Positions 23,167-34,565 of a stretch of 64,000 nucleotides of DNA are shown here, piece by piece. The notes below the pieces were generated by a model. The model had not been told where the DNA came from and searched no databases. It worked only from the letters and a program-made list of their open reading frames with translations. Numbering within the stretch: position 1 is the first letter of the stretch; every line of letters begins with the position of its first letter. The position numbers and the translations under genes were made by a program. Origin of the DNA: Octopus sinensis (taxonomy: Eukaryota); the NCBI RefSeq assembly GCF_006345805.1, contig NC_043001.1:42222001-42286000 (forward strand). The letters are read 5' to 3'.

Positions 23167-25468
23167 GCTGCAAAGAGAGAGGATTGGAGATGCCACTATG
23201 AAAGGTTGCTCAATAAAAAAAATGAATGGAAGAAAGAGTCTGTTGAATGTCGACCCAACAGAGGGACCAGCTATCCGAATTGACAGTACCTTGGTAGATA
23301 AAGCAATTAAGAGTATGAAGACAGGAAAGCCCCTGGCCCATCAGGAATCACTGCAGAGATGCTCAAAATATCTGGCGGTGTTGGCTATAGCCTAGTCACC
23401 CGTATAGTTAACCAGGTGATACACGAACGAGTCATACGCAATGAATGGTGTAACAGCATCATAGTCAACTGCTACAAAGGTAAAGGTGATACTTTAGATA
23501 CAAATAATTACAGAGGTATCAAGTTGTTAGATCAGGTAATGAAGGTCACAGAGAGGGCCATAGCTCAACTAATTAGTCAGTTTAGATGAGATGCAGTTTG
23601 GGTTCGTGCTAGGGAAAAGCACCACTGATGCCATATTTCTGGTAGGACAGCTGCAGGAGAAATACCTAGCCAAAGATAAACCTCTGTACCTGGCTTTTGT
23701 TGACATGGAGAAAGCCTTTGACAGTGTCCCCCGATCCCTTATCTGATGGTCAATGAGGAAACTAGGGATAGATGAATGGTTAGTGATAGCTGTGCAAGCC
23801 ATGTACAGGGATGCTGTCAGTAAGGTGAGGGTTGGCAATGAGTACAGTGAAGAATTCTGGGTAGATGTGGGGGCCCACCAAGGTTCAGTCCTCAGCCCCC
23901 CTCCTATTTATCATAGACCTCCAGGCAATAACAGAGGAATTCAAGACAGGATGCCCCTGGGAGCTTCTCTATGCTGATGACCTTGCTCTAATTGCTGAGT
24001 CACTATCAGAACTAGAGGAGAAGTTTCAGGTGAGGAAGCAAGGATTAGAATCGAAGGGCCTTAGAGTCAACCTAGCTAAAACCAAAGTCCTAATAAGTAG
24101 GAAGGCAGACAAACCACAAATCCCTTCAGGTAGATGGCCCTGCACGATCTGTAGAAAAGGCATTGGTAGAAACTCTATAAGCTATGGACACATAAGTGGT
24201 GCAGCAATATCAAAGGAAGGCTAATTAAGAAGATAGTTTTTGTATGTGGCAGATGCTCAGGAGCAATAAATACTGAAAATGTGCAGAGAACAACTTCTGC
24301 CAGATTCCAGGGAGAAAAACTAGAAGTAGTTGATAGCTTCTCTTACCTATGTGACCAAGACAGTAGTATGCTAAAAGTGTAGCTGCTAGAATAAGAATAG
24401 CCTGGGCAAAGTTCAAAGAGCTCTTACCTCTGCTGGTAACAAAGGGCCTCTCGCTCAGAGTAAAAGGTAGACTGTAAGATGCATGAGTATGAACAGCTAT
24501 GCTACATGGCAGTGAAACATGGGCTGTGACTGCTGAGGATATGTGTAAGCTCACAAGGATTGAAGCCAGTATGCTCTGCTAGATGTGTAATGTCAGTGTG
24601 CATACTCAACAAAGTGTAAGTACCTTGAGATAAAAGTTGGACCTAAGAAGCATCAGATGTGGTGTGCAAGAGAGACGACTGTGCTGGTATGGTCATGTGG
24701 CGAGAATGGATGTGGATAGCTGTGTGAAAAAGTGCCACACCCCAGTGGTTGAGGGAACCTGTGGAAGAGGTAGACCCAGGAAGACCTGGGATGCGGTGGT
24801 GAAGCACTACCTTCGAACATTAGGCCTCATGGAGGCAATGACTAGTGACTGAGACCTTTGGAAATATGCAGTGCGTGAGAAGATCAGGCAAGCCGAGACC
24901 ATAACCTATGCCAGGGGTGTAACCGGCCCACTTATACATACCTTTCCTTCATTGAACACTAAACTCTGCTTGCGAAGACCTGTTGAGGCAAGTGAAATCA
25001 AAATCAAATTCGATGACTGGCATCCGTGATAGTGCTACACTAAGAGCACCATCCAAGCGTGATCGTTGCCAGAGCAGCTGACTGGCTTCCATACCAGTGG
25101 CACGTAAAAAGCACCATTCAAGCATGGTCGTTACCAGCTTCGCCTTACTGGCACTTGTACAGGTGGCACGTGAAAAACATTTGAGCGATGTTGCTTACAG
25201 TGCCTCTGGACTGGTTCCTGTGCAGGTGGCATGTAAAAAACACCATTTGAGTGTGGCCATTGCCAGTATTGCCTGACTGGCCCTCATGCTGGTGGCACAT
25301 AAAAGCACCCACTACACTCTCGGATGGGTTGGCATTAGGAAGGGCATCCTGCTGTAGAAACTCTGCCAGATCAGATTGGAGCCTGGCACAGCCATCTGGT
25401 TTGCCAGTCCTCAGTCAAATCGCCCAACCCATGCTAGCATGGAAAGCAGATGTTAAACGATGATGATG

Positions 25469-25470
<2 letters not shown>
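23166..25470 (+). mobile_element. 5'-truncated RTE-clade LINE with 3' UTR minisatellite and (GAT)n tail
   Basis: Frameshifted RT: NCYKGKGD.LD.NNYRGIKLL, GCPWELLYADDLALIAES, CGRGRPRKTWD; about 65-bp 3' UTR repeats containing GGTGGCACGTAAAAAGCACC; tail ends at 25470. Confidence 0.95.
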
Positions 25471-25504
<34 letters not shown>

Positions 25505-25584
25505 ACATATTCATATTTATATATATTCATAAACATATATATATCCACACATATATATATATATATATATAATATATATAGACA

Positions 25585-26478
25585 GCTCCCTAGTAGCATC
25601 TTAGTCAACTGCTACAAGGGTAAAGGTGATGCTCTAGATAGAAATAACTACAGGGGTATCAAACTGCTGGATCAGGTGATGAAGGTCACGGAGAGGGTCA
25701 TAGCCCATCTCATTAGGGAGAGAGTCTGCTTAGATGAGATGGAGTTTGGTTTTTTGCCGGGTAGAAGCACCACTGATGCCATATTCCTGATTCGACAACT
25801 GCAGGAGAAATACCTAGCTAAAGATAAACCCCTATACTTAGCTTTTGTGAACTTGGAGAAAGCCTCTGTCAGGGTCCCCCGATCCCTTATCTGGTGGGTG
25901 ATGCAGAAACTGGAGATTGACGAATGGTTAATAAGGGCTGTACAGGCCCTTTACAGAGAGGCCATTAGTAAGGTTAGGTTTGGCATTGAGTATAGTGAAG
26001 AATTGCAGGTAGAAGTAGGGGTCCACCAAGGTTCAGCCCTCAGTTCCCTTTTATTCATCATAGTCCTCCAGGCAATAATAGAGGATTTCAAGATGGTTGC
26101 CCCTGGGAGCTCCTCTATGCTGATGACCTGGCTCTCATAGCAGAATCACTACCAGAACTAAAATAGAAATTTCGGATGTGGAAGCTAGGTTTAGAATAAA
26201 AGGCCTTAGAGTGAATATAGCAAAGACCAAAGTTCTAGTAAGTAGGAAGGTGAACTCATCACACACCCTCTCAGGTAGTTGGCCCTGATCGATCTGTAGA
26301 AAAGGTGGAGGTAGAAACTTCATAAGATGTACCCAGTGTAAGCTATGGACACATAAGAGGTGCAGCAACATCAAAAGAAAATTAATCAAGAAGATAGCTT
26401 TCATGTGTGGCAAATGCACAGGGGCAATAGATACCACAGACACTCAGAAAACAGATTCCATCACACTCCAGGGGAAGA
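25585..26478 (+). mobile_element. RTE LINE RT fragment (5' part of a split copy)
   Basis: ORF 25460-26140 tail: VNCYKGKGDALDRNNYRGIKLL...GVHQGSALSSLLF; then CPWELLYADDL by frameshift; stops abruptly at the Penelope element. Confidence 0.9.
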
Positions 26479-28958
26479 AACAATAACAAGAACATCCCAC
26501 ACACAGATAACGACAACAACCACATCATTCACACCACTACCAACGTCACCCATAACAATAACAATAGGCACAACACAAGCACTACCACCACCAACAACAA
26601 CAATACCAGCAACTATAACAACAACCACAACAATAATAACACACTACACTCTGTCTTCTATAACCCTAACAAGAAATCTTATGACATGACGAGGATCTAT
26701 CCCACAGACTTACCCTTTAACAAAAGAGTATGTATCCCACCCCAAATTGACAGTGAAACAGAAGCAAAGATCTCCTTAACTAGAAATAGACTCCGACACA
26801 TCTTAGATCAATACAACAAATCCACTAAAAAACATAGTGAGGAGGGGTCCCACCAACTCAGCTCATCTGTTGACAAAGGCCTACAAAAACTAAAACAGTG
26901 AATTAGGAACAAAGAATTAGTGTGCTTTCCTACAGACAAGTCTGGAAGACTATCAGTAGATAGCCCACAGAACTATGTCCAGACCATGCAACAACATATC
27001 AGTAGCATGAGAGAAGTTGCATCACAAGAACATGAAAGAGTAGAAAAACTCCTCAATGCACACATGGGAATGTGGTGCAACATACTCCAACCTACAAAAA
27101 GGACGGCACACAATTTCCAGGAATCCAACAATGATGTTCCTACACTATACGGGTTACGCAAAGACCACAAACCCTACATAAACCCTGTCACAGGGCCCCC
27201 AACCAGACCAGTTTGCGGAGCGAACATCTCCAGCAACTATAGACTGTCCTACTTCCTCTCACAAGTATTGCGACCTATCATAGAGATGTCTCCGGATGTC
27301 TGTATGAGTACGGAAGATCTCAGTAAAATCAGTACTTGCAACCACACCAACGACCTCACAGGTTGTATAGTGGGTAGTATGGATGTAATTTCACTCTACC
27401 CATCTATAGACATAGATTTTGCTGTGGAGAAATGCATTCAAGCAATCTGTGAGAGTGAAGTGGAATTCCGTAAGGTCAACACTAGGGAACTGGGTCTCCT
27501 CTTCAGACTATGCTATGACAATAACTATTTAGATGACCATGACCTTAGTAAATTCTTCCCCACCAGGTCACAGAGAGGTAGACCACCCACCATCACTTCA
27601 GCAGTGAAGAAAAGCACCACAGAGTGCTTGAGTGGTTGGACTGCACCCACCCAAAACCCTGAGAACAACAATCAGTGAGGGAAATGATTGCAATAGGGGC
27701 CAGCGTAAAAACAACCTTGTAAAACCACATAGTAAAGTTTAATAAAAAACTATACATGCAGGTTCAAGGTGCAGCCATTGGTGTAGGTATAGCTGGAGAT
27801 GTGGCTGGCCTCTTCATGACATGGTGGGACAGAAAATTTAAGCAAATGTTAGCAGAACAGTCCACAACTCTCCTACTCTACAGTAGATATGTAGATAGTT
27901 AGAACCAACTCTAGTGATGGTAATGTAGAGACTGAGAAGAACTTAATGGAGAGCATCCAGCAAATAGCTAACTCCATTCACCAAAGTATCAAGGTAACTA
28001 TAGATTACCCCACTAAGAACTCTAACAATAGACTCCCTGTACTTGATACTGAACTTTGGTTAGAGACTGTGAACAATAGAGTGCAACTCCTCCACTCTTA
28101 TTACATGAAACCTGTAACTTCAAAATATATTGTTCACAAGAACTCAGCTTTGCCACACAACATGAAAATTAACATACTAATAGCAGACTTAGTTAGAATA
28201 ATGAACAATGTGAAATGAAGAAACATAAACAGAACTTCATACACCGCATGCAGTTCTCTGGATATGATCAGAAAGATAGGGTTCATGTATACAGGGGGGC
28301 TAGAAAGAAATTTGATAACATTATATGTAATGATACCAGTGGTACCTGCCCTAGATATAAAAACAAAGAATGGAATAGAATACAAAGAGCTTGTGACAAA
28401 GCAAACAGGGCAAACACGTGGTATAAAACCGACAAATATCAAGAAGTGATGTTTGTAGAGGCCACAGCCCATGGAGAACTAGCCTGTAGATTTAGAAAAG
28501 CTCTGAAGGAGACCAAACTCAACATTAAATTCGTTGAAAAGCCAGGGAACTCTGTCAGATCACAACTATGTAGGACGTACCCGTTTAAGAATACCATATG
28601 CACCAATGATAACTGCATGATATGTAGAATTAGCCCTGCTATTAACTGTAGAACTCGAAATGTAGTTTACAGCATAAGATGCATAGAAGGTGCTTGTAAG
28701 GACATGAACATGATGTACATAGGGGAGACGTCTAGGAGCATTGCGGAACGGATAAATGAACATCTAAGACAACATGACGACAGAAAACAGTCCTCCATAC
28801 TCTACCAACATGCCAAAGACCACCATGGAGGTAACTTGGATCAACTTGACATCTGCATCTTATCCAAACACCCAAAAGACCGAACACTTAGACAAATACA
28901 GGAGTACATCCTTATAAATGAAACTTCCTCAATATTAAATAGGAAATATACACAATAA
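26479..28958 (+). mobile_element. Penelope-like element (RT + GIY-YIG endonuclease), pseudogenised, probably Neptune-type
   Basis: FPTDKSG, GSMDVISLYPSID (motif A), QVQGAAIG (B), YSRYVDS (C), LPVLD, Cys-rich linker CTNDNCMIC...C, VVYSIRC...YIGETSRSIAERINEH; several stops and frameshifts. Confidence 0.92.
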
Positions 28959-29782
28959 GTACCATACCTCTATACTCACAGTTTACACAGGTAGAGTAGA
29001 ATAGTTAGTGGACTGATAGGTAGATAAATGTATGTATGTATGTGGGTGTGAGTGTGTGTGTATGCCTTTTTTTAAAATCATTATTTCTTGTTTTTTTTTG
29101 TTTTTTTATATTTTTTATATATATTTTTTATTTTTATTTTTTATTTTCTGTATGTAAGCATTTAGATATGTAAATAATCAAATCAACACACAGATGGATA
29201 GGTACATAGGTTACAAGAACAGACACATATAGAGACACGGATCCACACATATAAAGATGCACATCCATACATACAAACATGGTACATAGTTACGTAACAC
29301 ACTCAGATATGCACACACAAGGAGACAGAGGTGCATACATATACAAACCCATGCTCACGCACATACATAGAAAATACACAAACACGGACAGGCTAGCAAA
29401 TAGATATGCAGGATACGTACATACAGATGCACACACATACATACATATGCATACACACACATATATACATACATACACATACAAACACACACACACACAT
29501 ACATACGTACATGTATGCCTGTATAGGCACACACACACACTGACCCACAAACAAACAAAAGAGAACGCAGTGTAGATAATGAACAGAGTCAAGACTATTG
29601 AAAAGGTTGCAAGACACAACGAAAATTTTAGAAAATAAAAATAAGAAATAAGTGGAAATTTTACTGGTGAGTGTGTTAAATAATAAGGCACTAAAAGAGA
29701 ATGACTCTCCCCAGACACAACAGAATATGCTTCAACACATGAACTCATATAAAGAATCTTGCAAACCAAATCCAAAAACGGA

Positions 29783-29842
<60 letters not shown>

Positions 29843-29844
29843 CT

Positions 29845-29913
<69 letters not shown>

Positions 29914-29963
29914 ATATGAATATATATATATATATATATATTCATATATCTATTTATTATTTT

Positions 29964-30083
29964 AGACCTGATGAGTGACTATATTTTTAACTAGAATAGA
30001 TTTTAGTTCAATGTAATTTTAAATCGAATTGATTTTATTATTATTATCTATTTGAAAATATAGCCATGAAACGCGCATAGTCT
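29964..30083 (+). ncRNA. Type I hammerhead ribozyme motif with long helix II (family B)
   Basis: agac-CTGATGA-gtgactatattttt...aaaatatagccat-GAAAC-gcgc-ATA-gtct; helix II about 21 bp with 2 mismatches; A at 16.2 (likely CpG decay of GTA). Confidence 0.8.
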
Positions 30084-30386
30084 TTTTACTACTATTGACT
30101 ATTTATTGTACTTTATTGATTTTTAGAATAAGATTTTTATAATATACGTTTTCTATATGGTGTGAATAACATCTTTCTTTATTGAATTGTTTAATAGAGA
30201 TCTTTCTCTAAAATATATACATATATATATCATATATATATATGTATTCATATATCTATCTATCTATCTGTCTATATATATATATATATATATACATACA
30301 CACACACACACATATATATATATGCATATATGTATATTTATTCATATGTTTATATATATATATTCATTAATATATATATGTATATG

Positions 30387-30436
<50 letters not shown>

Positions 30437-30531
30437 TATATATTCATTTATGTATTTATATATATATGTATATATTCAAATATATATTCACACACACACA
30501 CACACACACATATACATATATATACATACAG

Positions 30532-30562
<31 letters not shown>

Positions 30563-30904
30563 CATATAAAATGAGATAGGGGTTGAAAATTCAACCCACC
30601 ATGGGATAATATATATCCAATATACTGCTAGATAGGTATTTCTCCATTCTCTAATTTTGTAGTATATTTATACATATATACATATTCATATCAAAACATG
30701 CACAAGAAAAAACAGAGCTAAAGGCAAAATAGAGAAAATAGTGCAAAAAAAGTGTAAAAATAAGCAATAAGAATAAAAAGTAAAGGTGTAAATATGCTCA
30801 TAGTGAGAGTGTATGAGCGCATGTCTGTACACGTACGCACACCCACATACACGTGCCTATGTGCATATGCTTGTCCACACTCGCTTGAAACACACACATT
30901 AAAT

Positions 30905-31285
30905 ATTGTAAATTTTTGGATAATTTTCGGTTTTAAAAGTTGGCATTTTTTTTATTGCTGGTGAAGGACTGCGGCTGTGCAGTAGATTTTGAAAAAGTTA
31001 GGACGTATACATAAGGGGCAGTTAGTTTGATCGCCCCGTGTGTATACATTTAACCCCAGGTATTCCTGCTGAAGATGATTGCACCTGGTGGGTCCATTTA
31101 CTCACTAAACTAAAATCAGAAACCAATTGGTCCAGGAAACTAGATGGTAAAATGTTTTTATTTTTCATTTCTTTCCTGTCAAATTTTATCCCTAATTTTT
31201 GTGGTTATAGAACCTAGCTGTTCTTTCTAGCATGTTGAATCCTATGACTGGATTCCTCATATGTTTAAATATACACTGTATCTTA
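30905..31285 (+). mobile_element. Hammerhead-bearing element (family A), second copy
   Basis: Diverged homology (roughly two-thirds identity by eye) to the reverse complement of 22638-23020, including the terminal repeat segment at about 31225-31281. Confidence 0.8.
31063..31138 (+). ncRNA. Canonical type I hammerhead ribozyme
   Basis: ttcctg-CTGAAGA-tgatt(33-nt loop)aatca-GAAA-cc(aatt)g-GTC-caggaa; all core nucleotides present, helices of 6/5/3 bp; predicted cut after C31132. Confidence 0.92.
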
Positions 31286-31332
31286 TGACTTATATATATA
31301 TATATACATACATACATATGAATATAAATAAT

Positions 31333-31463
31333 TATAACAAGGGCTTGGCTTGTGCCTCACCACACACTGAAAAATAGAAGTCAAGAGACATTATAACCAC
31401 CATAGTGTCACTTGACGACTATTTTTCAGTGCGTGGTGAGACACAAGCCAAGCCCTTGTTATA
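31333..31463. repeat. 131-bp palindrome (58-bp arms, 15-nt loop)
   Basis: TATAACAAGGGCTTGGCTTGTG... mirrored by ...CACAAGCCAAGCCCTTGTTATA. Confidence 0.95.
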
Positions 31464-31559
31464 AATATTTGTAAAATGTACCTATGAGGTTTTATTTCCA
31501 CACTGTCCACTTGGTATAAATCATTAATGATTTCTACCCTTTTATTATTATACATATGA

Positions 31560-31614
<55 letters not shown>

Positions 31615-31652
31615 CACATATAAATAAATATATATATATCTATATCTATCTG

Positions 31653-31693
<41 letters not shown>

Positions 31694-31779
31694 ACACTTG
31701 CTGGCTTCCGGTATACGGAGCTTTTGACTGGTAGCACTTGCATGTGCAAGTTGTTTGCAAGACATCTATACACATATGA

Positions 31780-31837
<58 letters not shown>

Positions 31838-31954
31838 TATATATATATATGAATATATATATGAATTAGATTAACAATATATTGAAAAAATCTGAAGATG
31901 TGTTGGTAGAATTGTCAATCTGGTGATTACATATGTGTGTGTGTATATATATAT

Positions 31955-32916
31955 ATAGCCTGGGCAAAGTTCAGAGAGCTCTTACCTCTGCTGGTGACAA
32001 AGGGCCTCTCACTCAGAGGTAAAAGGTAGACTGCATGACACATGTGTACAAAAAGCCATGCTACATGGCAGTGAAACATGGGCTGTGACTGCTGAGGACA
32101 TGCGTAAGCTCACAAGGAATGAACCCAGTATGCGCTGATGGATGTGCAATGTCAGTGTGCATACTCAACAGAGTGTAAGTACCTTGAGAGAAAAGTTGTG
32201 AAAACCCGACAAATGAAGTGAGTTCATGGCTTGCAGGACAGCTGGCTGCGCTAACCTTGGATCATAGGGTGCCCTGCTGTGCTTCAGGAGACCTATTGAG
32301 TCAAGTGCATCAACATCAAAATAGAAATCAAATGTATATTGTAGTTGTGATACCCATGGCGGTGGCACATTGGACCTCACAGTGGAAATGACGAAAGACC
32401 TAGACCTCTGAGATATGCTATGACTGTGAAGACCCGACAAATGAAGGGAGTTCATGGCTCGCAGAACAGCCTGCTGTGCTAACCTTGGATTGTAGAGTGA
32501 CCCGTTGTACTTGAGGAGACCTATTGAGTTAAGTACATCAACACCAACATCAAAATAAAAATCAAATGGAAATTGTAGTTATGATACCTGTGCTGGTGGC
32601 ACGTAAAAAGCAACATCTGAACGTGGCTGATGCCAGCGCTGCCTGACTGGCGTCCATGTCAGTGACACGTAAAATGCACCAACTGATCGTGGCCGTTTGC
32701 CAGGCACCTCTGGCCCCTGTGCCGGTGGCACGTAAAAAGCACTAACTACACACACGGAGTGGTTGGCGTTAGGAAGGGCATCCAGCCGTAGAAACACTGC
32801 CAGATCAGACTGGATCCTGGCACAGCCTCCTGGCTTCCCAGACCTCGGTCGAACCATCCAACCCATGGTAGCATAGAAAACAGACGTTAACTGAGGATGA
32901 TGATGATGATGATGAT
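31955..32916 (+). mobile_element. RTE LINE 3' part (continuation of the split copy) with 228-bp internal duplication and (GAT)n tail
   Basis: Starts at AWAKFRELLPLLVTKGL, about 90 nt downstream (in the intact copy at 24.3 kb) of where 25585-26478 stops; CCCGACAAATGAAG at 32205 and 32433. Confidence 0.85.
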
Positions 32917-32985
32917 ATATAATATTAGGGAGTATAACTCCAAACTTACAGGGAAAAATTCAATTCAGTATTAAATCAAATTTCA

Positions 32986-33021
<36 letters not shown>

Positions 33022-33159
33022 TAGAGAAAAACCACTATTATGTAATTCAAACAATGATAGGCGTAAATCATGCCATATAGAAAAAATAAAATATATGATA
33101 AAACATTTACCTAGATCACAATAAATTACAAATAAAAAACAGTATATAACTAATGAAAA

Positions 33160-33265
33160 GACTACGTACGTTTTGCGGCTATATCTTCAATTCGAATTAC
33201 AATTAAATTTTAATTTAATCGATCCAAAGACAATTCAATTTAAAAGTATAGTCACTCCTCAGGTC
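33160..33265 (-). ncRNA. Type I hammerhead motif (family B), G12 mutated
   Basis: Minus strand: gac-CTGAGGA-gtgactatac...gatatagccgc-AAAAC-gtac-GTA-gtc; helix II and 3' flank homologous to the 29964 copy. Confidence 0.75.
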
Positions 33266-33851
33266 AAACAATAATAACAATAATAGTTAAATAAATACAT
33301 ATTTTTAATAAATAATCAAACAGAATTAAACACTATTTCTTAAAGAAATAAAAACGTGATTCTTCTTATAGAAGAAATTCCGTTAACTGAATTTTAAACT
33401 TAAAAAGTAGGACCAAGTGTTCATAATATATTTATCATGTTAAAAACCTAACGTAAAAAAATAGAGTAAATAGAGAAAAATATGTATTTTATCTGTAAAG
33501 ATATATTTTAGCTTTGAGAATAATCTAAACAAACTATAATATATCTTTACTGGAAAAAATAAGAGTCCAATTAATTAAAATACTTAAATACATCATATGC
33601 TTAAGTTAAGCTAAATTACTATAATTTAATCTATATTCATTAATTAATTAAATTATATATTTATATATTAATTAAATAGACATCTAATTTAATCTGATTC
33701 TAACTATGCATTAAACCCTATACAAACATCTGTAGACTTATAATATATCTTATATCAACAATGCTGCAGCCACAATCCTGCAATAGTATTTTGTATATAT
33801 TTCAAAATATACTCACAAATAATTTAAACTTATTATATAATTAAATTAATT

Positions 33852-34565
33852 TATGTCTAGAACTAAAATTTCGCTCATTGATAAAATAAACAAAGTACTT
33901 ACCTTTATTATTAAATTCAATAGTATATAAAGAAAAAGATAAAAAACTTTACCCTATTCTATATTTCACGTTACAAACTATTTCACAAAATAACCATACA
34001 TAATACTTTTAGATTTTAGTTCACATATAATAATTATAATAAGAAGATTAATTAAATAAATATACATATCTTAAATTATAATTAAGTAATAAAAAAATTA
34101 GAAATACATTTTTTTTTAATCAATAATCATATAAATTTCACATTATTTCTTAAATAAAATGTATACTTATTTTTTCAAAAATATTTTATGAGCTAAAAAC
34201 AATTTAAAATTAAAAATGTATAACTTAGCGTTTATATGTCTAGATCTAATATTTCGCTTATTAAGGGAATAATGAAAGTACTTATTATTATTATTAGATT
34301 CAATAGTAAAATAATAGAAATTTTTCACTACCTATACTATAATATTTTACGTTACAAACTATTTAACAAAGCAACCACACATAATGCTTTTAGATGTTAG
34401 TTCACATATAATAATTATAATAAGAAGAATAATTAAATAAATGTATGTATCTTAAATTATAATTAACAAATAAAAAAATTAGAAATACATATTTTTTCAG
34501 TCAATAAGCATATAAATTACACCATTATTTATTAAATAAATTGTATACTTATCTTTTTGAGGATT
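33852..34565. repeat. About 383-bp tandem duplication, extremely AT-rich
   Basis: TATGTCTAGA at 33852 and 34235; shared blocks such as GTTACAAACTATTT and TAGTTCACATATAATAATTATAATAAGAAGA. Confidence 0.9.

Noticed and set aside
23955-23975. CTGATGA matches at about 23965 and 26120
   Set aside because: They are the codons of the RT YADD motif, not ribozymes.
25095-25330. CRISPR-like pattern: GGTGGCACGTAAAAAGCACC repeats with spacers of about 45 nt (also at 32596-32750)
   Set aside because: The spacers are homologous to each other, the repeats are degenerate, and they lie in RTE 3' UTRs; no cas genes; eukaryotic context.
29279-30579. Long ORFs of I/Y, C/V and H/T residues (also at 19246-19645, 21886-22071, 47545-48217)
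   Set aside because: Translations of (TA)n, (TG)n and (CA)n microsatellites, which lack stop codons in some frames.
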